Assembly: GCF_006345805.1 (NCBI RefSeq)
Contig: NC_042997.1
Location: forward strand, 77,872,001 to 77,936,000
Direction: 5' to 3'
Length of the DNA stretch: 64,000 bases
DNA from: Octopus sinensis
Taxonomy: Eukaryota
A model generated the notes under the pieces. The model ran no database searches, was not told the origin of the DNA, and saw only the letters and a program-made list of their open reading frames with translations. The translations under genes were made by a program, and so were the position numbers. Position 1 is the first letter of the stretch, and each line of letters opens with the position of its first letter. This document shows positions 22,923 to 34,181 of this stretch, piece after piece.

Positions 22923-24353
22923 TCAGGTAATGATGTTTTTGTAGTAGGCTTTGAAGAAATAAAAAATCAAATAAGGTACCAATTTAATCACCTATATATT
23001 CCTCATCTGAATCAATAACATTCTTCCAATGCTGTAAAAGGGTTTTTCTAACCATTTCTATGGAAATCAGCTGGCTTAGAAGAGAAAAACTCTTGAAGGT
23101 CTATTTCAAGTGCCTTTAAGGAATTGTATTCTTTTCCATCAATAAAATTTTGCAAGCTTTGGGAAAATGATAACCCAAAGGAGGAAATTCAGGAGAATAG
23201 GGAGGATGTAGAAGCTTTTCCCAACCTAGCTCTTCAATCTTGGCACATGTGATTCTTGCAGTATGAAGCCTGGCATTGTTATGATGGAAAAGGACACCCT
23301 TTTGACTGACTATCACCTTTTTCTGTAAATTTTTTATTCAATCTATCAGTTTGTTCACAGTACACTTGAGTTGTAATTATCTGGTTTTGTGGCAAGGTTT
23401 CAAAGTGTATTACACCAAACATGCTCCACCAAATGCTTAACAAAACTTTCCAATAATGAAGATCTGGTTGAACTCATTGACTTGACATTTAACATTCTTA
23501 TAGAGTATCTACTTTCATCACTAGTCATTAGGTGGTTCAAAACCGGACATTTTTTCACACGTTGTAATTATCTGGTTTTGTGGCAAGGTTTCAAAGTGTA
23601 TTACACCAAACATGCTCCACCAAATGCTTAACAAAACTTTCCAATAATGAAGATCTTGTTTTGGATGGGGTCTTGCTTGTTCTCCTGGTTGAACTCATTG
23701 ACTTGACATTTAACATTCTTATAGAGTATCTACTTTCATCACTAGTCATTAGGTGGTTCAAAACCGGACATTTTTTCACACATGAATAAAGAGCAGTGCA
23801 AATATTGACATGTTCTCTTTGATTGTTTTCACTTAGTTCATGTGGAACCCACTTGCCAAGCTTAGACATGATTCTAAGTTCTTGCAAATGGTGATGGACA
23901 GTTGATGACAAGGAATTAACAACTTCTGCTAATCCTTCAACAATTGCGGCTTTCAACACATTAAAAAAGAGAGCATGCCCAGAGTGGTGGGCATCTTCCA
24001 AGCTAAAGTCCTCTTGTCAAAATTTATGGAACCACCATTGGTATTTGTGAATATTCAAAACACTTTCACCATACACTTGTTGCACATTTTTACAGCATTT
24101 GTTACATTGTTGACTTCTGTATGCTCGTAAAGCCCAATTTTTCTCATGTACTCTTCTGTGACCTCCATTTTCATGAGGGACTATTAAAGCAACAAATTAT
24201 TATTTGTATCTCTGCAATCCAGAATCTATCTAACTGAAGCTTTTCCAGCTCTGTGGTATTTATGCACCCATGAAAAAAATCTTGTTTAAACATATTAGAA
24301 TATGTTTCAACAAGTAAAATCTGAAAAATGACATTACTTATGGAATGACCTGA
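22923..24353 (-). mobile_element. mariner (DD34D-type) DNA transposon, degenerate
   Basis: TA|TCAGGT...ACCTGA|TA termini (left TIR partly deleted). Remnants SKLGKWVPHELSE, LMTSDE and FHHNNARLHTA...LLHPPYSPE. Internal tandem duplication at 23370-23781. Confidence 0.85.
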
Positions 24354-24749
24354 TAGATACTTTTTTCTTACTCTTTATTATCTGTTTGGTTCTAGACACA
24401 TTACATTTAATATATACACATATGTTCTTTGAACAATGTAGCTCATCAACAAGTTAATGAAATTGAATGTTCAGTAGTAAAAGCTTAAAAGTAAAACCAT
24501 CAAAATCAAACTGTTACTAAAAGAGAAGCCTAATAAGATAGACATGCTTGTATGTAGTGATTCAGTTCTATGAACTGAACACAAACAAACAATAGATACA
24601 TAAAAGATGCAGTAGGATCTGTGACATACTGAAAGTGAACCAGAACTTCATGTGTACAAGATGGGTTAATTGTTCCTGCTATCTATGCAACTTAATTAAT
24701 GGTGAAGTGAAAATAAAATAGCAAGAGCAAGAAAGGTAAAAGTAGTCAG

Positions 24750-25095
24750 GGAGTTGTTACACCTACTGATAACAAAAGACAGACAGTATGAAGAATAAGA
24801 GTGAAGTTGCACAGTAACAAAGCATTGAAGGTGAAGTGTGGCTGTTGAGAAATAATTTGTGTATGATAAGTTAAATGTGTAACAATTATGTAGAGCTTAA
24901 GTGAGCTGAGAAAACAGCTGAGCATTAAATGCACTTGTTGATGTGCAAGAAGCAGATGGATTATTAGTACTTGATGAAGAAGTGCTTTGTACTGATTGAA
25001 CAAGATATCAATGAAGAGAAAGATCAAGGTAGACATGGGAAGATATTGTGAGGTCAGATGCTCAGACAAAATAACATCAAAAGGAGATGATGATG
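24750..25095 (+). mobile_element. highly decayed RTE LINE 3' fragment
   Basis: Decayed similarity to the ...LREKLG..RCGVQERRL..W...GRPRKTW.EVV.. region of the younger RTE copies. Confidence 0.45.
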
Positions 25096-25764
25096 GGATA
25101 TACTACCGTTCATATCATGCTGGCATGATAAAAACACAGGCAATAAAACAATAAATTCCAATTTATCCAGTACAACCCTTAAACATGTAAATAGTATTTT
25201 CCTAAACAATAGATCCGCTTATTTTGGTTAGTGACTTATTCATGAATATACCAACACTAGTGCCTCTGAGGGTGATATTCTCTGGGAACGCACAACAGCC
25301 CTTTTCAGAGTTATTTACTTTGAATTGTTATCTCATATCTGATTGGCCTGTTATTACATAACATGCTTCATGATTTTAGCATTAGTATTTCCTCCTATGT
25401 TCTATATACTCTGGAACACATTAAAGCTCTTTTCGGGGCTACTTTATTTGAATTCTTACTATCGGGTAACTAATTTCATGTTATTACATAACTGACTTCA
25501 CAATTTGGGTATTCATAACTTATTGGGAATTCCTAAAAACAAGATCCTATGTAAGACAGTTCGGTATTCTCTGTAAATGCACAAAAACCATTTTACGGGC
25601 TACGTGTATTGTTGTTATTGGTTTAGTGGAACAATTATGAGAACAGAACCAAAGGATAAGCCTTGCTTTCCTGGGAATTACAGGGTACGTCAGCTGGTGT
25701 ACACATATTTACGACAGTCTTCTTTCAGTTTCTGGTCCCTCTAAACTTCTCTTCACTCTTGACA

Positions 25765-26095
25765 TCAAGAATCTATACAAGGTGATCCTTCAACACAAGG
25801 GGCAGCGTGCACTCCAACATTTCCTTGATCCAACCCCCAACCTGACACATCCACACTCTTTTGTCTGGTTGAAATTGTCCTCTCACTCAACTGCTTCTCA
25901 TTCACGGGTGATTTTTACCAGCAGATCTCTGGAGTGGCCATGGGAACAAGAATGGGTCCCAACTATGCAAACCTCTTCATTGGCTACACTGAGGCCCAAA
26001 TATTCTCAAGTTTCACTGGTCCCACTCTTGAACTATACGGTTGTTATATTGATGACTATCAGTGTGACCTCACTCTCCCACGAACATCTAGACAT
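25765..26095 (+). mobile_element. Penelope-like element RT fragment
   Basis: Frameshifted DIKNLY...LVEIVLSLNCFSFTGDFYQQISGVAMGTRMGPNYANLFIG...YIDD; the GVAMG..MGP..AN motif is typical of PLE RTs. Confidence 0.8.
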
Positions 26096-26536
26096 GATGA
26101 TGATTATATCTAGGATTACACCAATCCAATGTCTACTTCCAATTTTTAAAAAAGAAGTTTTTATTATTGATAGAAACTCAGTTGCTATTTTAGATATTTA
26201 TTATTGAAAAACAGTGTGATCAGATAATGCACACTGAGTGAAAAAATTGCTATCAAATGAGGTAGGCCAAGCAAAATTTGAATGATAGTTACATAAACCT
26301 AAAAAAATTGGTATCTTACAGATGAGATGATGCAGGATCCTGATGCATTGATAAATTCAGTATTGCTGACCTACCCTGCCCATACCAATATACAGAATGG
26401 ACCAATATTAAATAACGACGACGATGTGATGGATGCAAGTAATTAAGCCTTGACTCAGAACTTAAGAAAACTAAGCTTTATTTTGTCAACTAAAAAGGAA
26501 TAGAAACTTAAACTTCAGCTGAAATATATCACTCAC

Positions 26537-26614
26537 CTTACATTCCAGTTGAATGCTTTTACTGCTGGCTTTACTCAAATCTTTAACTAGGTTTTTTTCT
26601 TTGTTACGAAATTC
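26537..26614 (-). CDS. LRRC45: LRRC45 coding exon (coiled coil)
   Basis: TTTCACAG acceptor, GTGAGT donor, phase 0/0. EFRNKEKNLVKDLSKASSKSIQLECK resembles ERESKLLRDLSAANEKNLLLQ. Confidence 0.88.
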
Positions 26615-26783
26615 CTGTGAAATATATATGCACATACAGATACACACAAACTATAAATGTATGCAATAGTTTAATTAGAGTTAATGTTTCAATGCAGGGA
26701 GAATTAAAAAAAGCTAATTAGAATTATGCGAAGAGGGAAAGTGCTTTAGTAAATTGCTAGTATTATTTTAATTATTTCAGTGA

Positions 26784-27100
26784 GGGCGCGTGGCTTAGTG
26801 GTTAGGGCATTCGGCTCATGATCGTAAGGTTGTGAGTTCGATTCCCGGCGACGCGTTGTGTCCTTGAGCAAGACACTTTATTTCACGTTGCTCCAGTCCA
26901 CTCAGCTGGCAAAAATGAGTTGTACTTGTATTTCAAAGGGTCAGCCTTGTCACTCTCTGTGTCACGCTGATTATCCCCGAGAACTACGTTAAGGGTACAC
27001 GTGTCTGTGGAATGCTCAGCCATTTGCACGTTAATTTCACGAGCAAGCTGTTCCGTTGATCGTATCAGCTGGGACCCTCGTCGTCGTAACCGGCGGAGTC
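26784..27100 (+). mobile_element. tRNA-derived CORE-type SINE, well preserved
   Basis: A box TGGCTTAGTGG (26791), B box GAGTTCGATTCC (26834), then CORE-like GTGTCCTTGAGCAAGACACTT...CAGCTGGCAAAAATGAG and an A-rich end. Confidence 0.8.
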
Positions 27101-27415
27101 AAGAAAAAATTATTTCAAGAAGTAAGGGAGACAACTCACGATATGTTTCAGTCATATGAATTTATTAGTGAAGCATAACCATTACTGTACTTGCTGAAGC
27201 AGTGATGAGTGAAACAATAAATATATGAGAATGTACACTAGTTAATGTAGAAAAATAGAATTGTTTACAAAATAGTTAAGTTAGGTTTAACATATCTAAA
27301 AGCGGGAATATTAAAAAATTAACTAGCAATGACTATGGGTAACAAACAATATTAGAAACAATTTTTGCATACTCAATAAAATATTTTTAAAATTTGTTAT
27401 GAACACATAAATTAG

Positions 27416-29343
27416 GGTTAATATAGGGCGTAACAAATATCAGAAAATCAAAAAAAAAATGTGTGTAATAGGTGTAAAACAACTTCCTATGAACGAATAT
27501 GAAAAAAAAATTTCGCGCACGCGAAAGGGGGGTGGGGAAGAGGCCTCGGAAAATTCACATCGGGAAGTTCCGAAAGCGTCTGAGGAGCTGACCCGGGCAC
27601 CAAAACAAAAAGAAAATAGTGTAATATGTGTAAAACAACTTGCTCTAAACGAATATGACAAAAAAAAATGCGCTCTCGCGAAAGAGGGGTGGGGGAGAGG
27701 CCTCGGAATATTTATATCGGGAATTTCCGAAAGCGTCTGAACCAGGCACAAAAACAAAAACAAAAACAGCGTAATAGGTGTAAAACAACTTGCTCTAAAC
27801 GACTATCATGAAAAAAATGCGCGCTCGCGAAAGGGGGGTGGGGGAGAGGCTTCGGAAATTTCACATCTTCAGTCCACGGCCTTTAAACTAAGAAAAAATA
27901 GTGTAATTGGTGTAAAACTACTTGTTCTAAACGAGTATCAAGAACACACACTCACACATGAATCATAAACTCCGTATTTCGCAAAAAAAAAAAAAAATAA
28001 AGAGAAGAAATTCTGGAAAAAGTGAAGAAATGTTGGATCTCATTCCTTGGTTAAAGCTATTTTAAACATTAAATTTATGCTTTTCTTTGAAATAGTTCAG
28101 ATATATGCAATTCTTCTCACTTATTAAGATGCATTTATCAGAAAAAAAGAGACAGAAAAAATTATTATTTTGTGTCAATCCATCCCTAATTATCCTTTAT
28201 TAATTAGTTTTGGCGTGTATTTTTTTCCCAAATTTATTTTTTCACCTTTACAACACTGTTTAGTAAAGCAATTAATTATCTTTATAATTTGCATATTTGA
28301 CTTATTAATCAAAATTCTCTAGATGTAATATATACTAAGTAATGCATCCTTCATTTATGTGTTCCGTTCTGTATTATGCATGCGTGACTGTTTGTATGTA
28401 AGTGTGTTTAACTGTGCACATGAATGTGAATATTAAAGAACATATTTATTTACTATGATTGTTATTTTCAGAACAAATAAATCTTTTGGCTGTTATGTTA
28501 TTGATGTTATTATTATTGCTAGTTAAAGGGTGGTGACTTGGCTGAATATTTTGAGTCTTGTAGTATGTAGTTGTGTTAGTCAATATTCTGAGTTCAAATC
28601 CAACTCATTTCTTTATCATCATTATCGATGGACCACTCAAAGAGGTATGTATACATTATCATTTTCGTAACATAATTTCTGTAGTATTTCAAGATGTTTC
28701 TGACACGTATTTTGATTCACATGGCGGAGATCCAACATTTCTTCACTTTTTCCAGAATTTCTTCTCTTATTTATTTTTTTTTTGCGAAATACGGAGTTTA
28801 TGATTCATGTGTGAGTGTGTGTTCTTGATACTCGTTTAGAACAAGTAGTTTTACACCAATTACACTATTTTTTCTTAGTTTAAAGGCCGTGAACTGAAGA
28901 TGTGAAATTTCCGAAGCCTCTCCCCCACCCCCCTTTCGCGAGCGCGCATTTTTTTCATGATAGTCGTTTAGAGCAAGTTGTTTTACACCTATTACGCTGT
29001 TTTTGTTTTTGTGCCCGGTTCAGACGCTTTCGGAAATTCCCGATATAAATATTCCGAGGCCTCTCCCCCACCCCTCTTTCGCGAGAGCGCATTTTTTTTG
29101 TCATATTCGTTTAGAGCAAGTTGTTTTACACATATTACACTATTTTTTTTTTGTTTTGGTGCCCGGGTCAGCTCCTCAGACGCTTTCGGAACTTCCCGAT
29201 GTGAATTTTCCGAGGCCTCTCCCACACACCCCTTTCGCGTGCGCGAAATTTTTTTTTCATATTCGTTTATAGGAAGTTGTTTTACACCTATTACACACAT
29301 TTTTTTTTTGATTTTCTGATATTTGTTACGCCCTATATTAACC
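27416..29343. mobile_element. non-autonomous foldback-type DNA transposon with ~620-bp modular TIRs
   Basis: Arms 27416-28041 and 28727-29343 are reverse complements. Termini GGTTAATATAGGGCG/CGCCCTATATTAACC; 8-bp TSD TAAATTAG (27408-27415, 29344-29351). The arms contain about 130-160-bp subrepeats. Confidence 0.9.
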
Positions 29344-29563
29344 TAAATTAGATTGCAGGCTTAAATCATTTAATAATTAATACATTACCAACAACAAAAA
29401 TAATTTGGTCATTCTGATCAATGACTAAAAGTTATTATAATTTGAGAATTTTGAGTTTTTGGAAGTTAGAATATAGGTTAAATAAAGTAAGAAAGTAAAT
29501 AAATAATTAGAAAATAGTTAAATGTAAAAAATGAATGTGTGTCTGTATATATATATGTGTGTC

Positions 29564-29619
<56 letters not shown>

Positions 29620-29622
<3 letters not shown>

Positions 29623-29785
29623 AACAATTGCAGCGTGGAAGGTGTTTATAAGCCATTTAAGAAACACACAAAAGCCGTTCGATTCACTTCAACATTTAAG
29701 TTTAATTTGTCAAAATATTTTCGTCGCTAAAATCCGCGACCTGTTCACTGACAAAAATCCGCGCTGCATCTGAGAAAGTAACAGT
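29620..29785. mobile_element. PLE-associated terminal repeat (pseudo-LTR-like) fragment; partial inverted copy at 32441-32570
   Basis: AACAATTGCAGCGTGGAAGG...GATTCACTTCAACA is found in reverse complement at about 32441-32512. It adjoins (TA)n and contains a hammerhead-like motif. Confidence 0.6.
29706..29755 (-). ncRNA. minimal type I hammerhead ribozyme-like motif, G3-C8 core variant
   Basis: Minus strand: TTTGTCA GTGAACA G GTCGC ggatttta GCGAC GAAA ATAT TT TGACAAA. Perfect 7-bp stem I, 5-bp stem II, palindromic stem III. Confidence 0.6.
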
Positions 29786-29799
29786 TAGTTCGTCATATA

Positions 29800-30420
29800 T
29801 ATGTACGTATGTATGTGTGTATGTATGCATACATGTGTGTATGTATGTACGTATGCATGTACGTACATACGCCTGTGTAAGCATGTATGTATGTATGTAT
29901 GTATGTATGTATGTATGTATGTATGTATGTATATATGTATGTGTGTGTATATGCACGCACATACACTCTATAAACATAAAGCTATAAACCTGTAGCCATG
30001 GATAGATGTAGAGTGACCACTCATCACAATACTATCAAATTTCAACTTCCTCGGGGGGGGGGCCCTCCCGAAGCTTGGAAGTGATTTACGACCCTTACTC
30101 CCAAAACTATACCCTAAAACCTATTATCAGATCTTTATCTCTATATCACAGAACTTTTGTTTTACTATTGTGCGTATGTATGTATGTATGTATGTGCGTA
30201 TGTATGTATGTATGTATGTATGTATGTATGTATGTATGTATGCGTGTATGTATGTGTGTATGTACATACGTACGCATGTGCGTATGTATGTATACGCGCA
30301 CGTATGCATGTGCCCATGTATGTGTGTGCGTATGTACGTGTGTATGCCCATACGTAGGTATGTATGTATGTTTGTACTCATGTGCTACGTATGTATGTGA
30401 GTGTCTAGGAGAATGGGCAG
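29800..30420. repeat. (TATG)n/(TG)n compound microsatellites
   Basis: Tracts at about 29800-29965 and 30170-30420. Confidence 0.9.
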
Positions 30421-30729
30421 ACATGTCTGTGAGAGTGTGTACATGTGTATGTGTATGTGAACGTATGTCCGTGTACTGACATGTGTCCGTCCAAGTTGTG
30501 TACAAGACTGTTACTTTGTTGAAGGTTGTATACATATTCACATATATGTTTGTATAGACGCACACACATATATATATGTGTGTGGGTGTGTATTTGTTCC
30601 TCTCATCACCGTCTAACCGTGAATGGATACAACACCTAAGTGCAACTGTACGTATCAAACAACGTACGCTCATACTGTTATATAAAACTGCACATACGCA
30701 TTGCAACCTGTATGTAAGGACTATAAGTA

Positions 30730-30731
<2 letters not shown>

Positions 30732-30797
<66 letters not shown>
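30732..30797. repeat. (AG)n microsatellite at the 3' end of a PLE ORF
   Basis: Seen directly. Confidence 0.95.
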
Positions 30798-30801
<4 letters not shown>

Positions 30802-30803
30802 GG

Positions 30804-32431
30804 TTATAGTATAGTCCTTCTGAATGGGATCTGGATGTTACTCCATTCGGACTTGCGGTTGAGAGTAGGTTTGTATTCTTGTATACAAACAGCTTCTGTG
30901 ATCTGTCTCAACATTGCATCGGTGGGATGTGTTGATAGGATGTCCAACTTAAGTTTCCCTAAGGATCCCTTGTGGCAGTCTACAGCATGTTGGTAGAAGA
31001 TGGAGTTTGGCTTCCTTTCAATGTAGTTGTCCAGGTGTTCTTTGAACCTATCATTGATGCTTCTAGAAGTCTCACCTATGTATGACTCTGGGTTAGTCGC
31101 GCAAGCTCCCTCCTGGCACTTAATCTGGTATACAGTGCCCTTGGTTTTACAATTTACATGTGGATTTGTCGAACATACTGCACAATTACTTTGACAGGTG
31201 ATTCTATCAAATGGATATGATCTGCATAAAGCCGATTTGATAGTCCTACCTGTCTTTTCTACAACTTTAATTTTTAGGCCCGTAGTGCGCAAGATTTTCT
31301 TGAATGCCTTACTTAGCTCGTTCTTAGGTGTGGCGTCAACGAACATTACTCCGTGAAATCTCCTGTTATCGTACCAAGTAACGTTTCTCATCCTTTTGTT
31401 GGTGTCCCTCTCTAACCTATTCCAGAACTTGTTGCGGTATAGGGGGCATATACCGTTTTCGTCGTTCCTTAGAATGCATTCGAATCTAGCTTTCGCTCTT
31501 TTGTACACCCTGACTCTATCGTCTTGTGTGTATCCGGAGCGTTGCATTCGGAATATGTAGTGCTGGATGTGTTGTTGTCGTTCTTGTGGTTGGCATAGTG
31601 GTGATACATTCCTCATTACTCTAATTAAGTCTGCCACTAGGATGTTGAGTTTGGCAGTATCCGACATAGCTGAGTCACTACGGATTACTAGTGGATTAGC
31701 CATCGGTTTCTGATAGTGTGAGTGGAGTATACAGGGTTTAATGGTTCCATTAACCATAGCATCTTCCATCCATAGCTCAGTATCTAGGACGGGTAATCGT
31801 TTACTGGGGTGTTTAGAGGGGTAGTCTATGGTAAGTTTTATACTGCTGTGGATAGAGTCAGCTATGTGTTGTATAGATGTCATCACCTGTTCTTCACTTG
31901 GTAGAGGGCCCATAACTGTGTCTGTATTATATTTCACAACAAGGTTAATGTCGTCGACGTAACGAGAGTACATAGCCAAGTGGATGTTACGGTTTGCTAG
32001 GCACTGTTTAAAATGTTTGTCCCACCATACCATGAAGAGGTTTGCAACGTCACCGGCGATCCCCACTCCAATAGCACCGCCTTTCGTTTACCTATACAGT
32101 TTGTTGTCAAATTTAAAAATATGTGTTTTTAGCGTAAATCTCAGGCTGACACCGATAGCATGTGCGATGGTGGTTCTAATGTCGTGTGCACTGGGTAGTC
32201 CGGCTTTGTCCATCCCTGCCAGCGCTCACAGTGAGTCTTCCTGTATGCTGAGGTAATGGTAGGTGGTCTACCGCGTTTGTTACGGGTGGGACAAGCATAT
32301 AGAAGGTTATTGCGCGACAGGTATTCATTAGTACACGTCAGGGCCAGGAAGAGCCCTAGTTCATATACATCCACATTCTTAAAGACGCATCAAAAACAGA
32401 GAGATTGTATGTTTCCCAACTGACAAATCAG
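30804..32431 (-). mobile_element. Penelope-like element, 5'-truncated: RT C-terminal half plus GIY-YIG endonuclease
   Basis: Open for 420 codons (30804-32066): GIAGDVANLFM, YSRYVDDI, LPVLD, HYQKP, Cys-rich linker CQSNCAVC..C and VYQIKC..YIGETSRS..RFKEH..H..EAVCI..KPTLN. An upstream stop falls in the (Q)TKGGAIG motif. Confidence 0.92.
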
Positions 32432-32568
32432 GTAGGATGTCTGTTGAAGTGAATCGAACGGCTTTTGTGTGTTTCTTAAATGGCTTATAAACACCTTCCA
32501 CGCTGCAATTGTTTTCGTTTCAGCACACGATCTCAGATCAAATTACTTGCTATGCGAGTACATCTCCG

Positions 32569-32604
<36 letters not shown>

Positions 32605-32676
32605 TCATTTAACGTCCGCTTTCCATATATATATATATATATATATCATCATTTAACGTCCGCTTTCCATATATAT

Positions 32677-32896
32677 ATCCCTGCCAGCGCTCACAGTGAG
32701 TCTTCCTGTATGCTGAGGTAATGGTAGGTGGTCTACCGCGTTTGTTACGGGTGGGACAAGCATATAGAAGGTTATTGCGCGACAGGTATTCATTGGTACA
32801 CGTCAGGGCCAGGAAGAGCCCTAGTTCATATACATCCACATTCTTAAAGACGCATCAAAAACAGAGAGATTGTATGTTTCCCAACTGACAAATCAG
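32677..32896 (-). repeat. 220-bp direct duplication of PLE segment 32212-32431
   Basis: I saw only one substitution between the two copies by eye. Confidence 0.9.
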
Positions 32897-33296
32897 TTTC
32901 GGAGTATTGCCCCTTTTCAATGCAGCTTAGCCAGCCAGTAGGTGTCGCTTCCGACAATCTCTGTTCGATGGTTTTATTTACCTAGTTTCGGTGGAATACA
33001 TCCACTTGTTTTCAATAATAGAAATATTAAAATTACTAAGTCTCTCTAAAAGAGAACAGCGGCAGCGTTCCCGGAAAATAATAGTTATCGCCATACTAAT
33101 ATGGCATTCTTATAAAAATAAGAAAAAAGCTGTCCGCTTATTAGCTCCATGAGGCCATACTAATATGGCATTCTTATAAAAATAAGAAAAAAGCTGTCCG
33201 CTTATTAGCTCCATGAGGCCATCGCCTTAAGTTAGCTATTTGATACACAAACTGTATCCATATAACCTTCGAACAAGGGAGGTCAGTCGCTCCACA

Positions 33297-33367
33297 CTAC
33301 TTGACCGGCAGCTACAGACGCGTTTCGGAGTATTGCCCCTTTTCAATGCAGCGTAGCCAGCCAGTAG
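33297..33367 (-). ncRNA. type I hammerhead ribozyme (U3-A8 variant)
   Basis: ctactggctggc tac GCTGCA TTGAAAA GGGG caata CTCC GAAA CGCG TC^ TGTAGC t gccggtc a agtag. Extended stem I with an internal loop; predicted cleavage between 33317 and 33316. Confidence 0.8.
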
Positions 33368-33703
33368 GTGTCGCTTCTGACAATCTCTGTTCGATGGTTT
33401 TATTTACCTAGTTTCGGTGGAATACATCCACTTGTTTTCGAAGGTTATATGGATACAGTTTGTGTATCAAATAGCTAACTTAAGGCGATGGCCTCATGGA
33501 GCTAATAAGCGGACAGCTTTTTTCTTATTTTTATAAGAATGCCATATTAGTATGGCGATAACTATTATTTTCCGGGAACGCTGCCGCTGTTCTCTTTTAG
33601 AGAGACTTAGTAATTTAATATTTCTATTATTGAAAACAAGTGGATGTATTCCACCGAACTAGGTAAATAAAACCATCGAACAGAGATTGTCGGAAAGCGA
33701 CAC

Positions 33704-33776
33704 CTACTGGCTGGCTACGCTGCATTGAAAAGGGGCAACAATATCCGAAACGCGTCTGTAGCTGCCGGTCAAGTAG
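33704..33776 (+). ncRNA. type I hammerhead ribozyme (U3-A8 variant), second copy with an altered stem II
   Basis: Core TTGAAAA at 33725-33731, GAAA at 33747-33750, GUC^ ending at 33756. Stem II/loop reads GGGGcaacaataTCC. Confidence 0.75.
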
Positions 33777-33990
33777 TGTGGAGCGACTGACCTCCCTTGT
33801 TCGAAGGTTATATGGATACAGTTTGTGTATCAAATAGCTAACTTAGGCGATGGCCTCATGGAGCTAATAAGCGGACAGCTTTTTTCTATTTTTATAAGAA
33901 TGCCATATTAGTATGGCGATAACTATTATTTTCCGGGAACGCTGCCGCTGTTCTCTTTTAGAGAGACTTAGTAATTTTAATATTTCTATT

Positions 33991-34074
33991 ATATATATTA
34001 TATATATATATATATAATAATATATATATATATATATATAGATATATATATATATGTATGTATGTATATATATA

Positions 34075-34130
<56 letters not shown>

Positions 34131-34140
34131 AATATATAAG

Positions 34141-34181
<41 letters not shown>

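Larger units (their letters stand above)
32897..33990. mobile_element. ~362-nt hammerhead-containing tandem unit (retrozyme or PLE pseudo-LTR), ~1.3 units in each orientation around an inversion at 33439/33440
   Basis: Period 363 in the right half (33440 vs 33803). Period 426 in the left half, including a 64-bp internal duplication (33090/33154). No meaningful ORF; ends in (TA)n. Confidence 0.85.

Noticed and set aside
26784-26850. tRNA gene
   Set aside because: It has A and B boxes but no complete cloverleaf or acceptor stem, and it continues into a CORE-like SINE body.
30040-30110. GC-rich stem (CTTCCTCGGGGGGGGGGCCCTCCCGAAG) near the PLE as another ribozyme
   Set aside because: I could not fit a hammerhead or HDV core on either strand.
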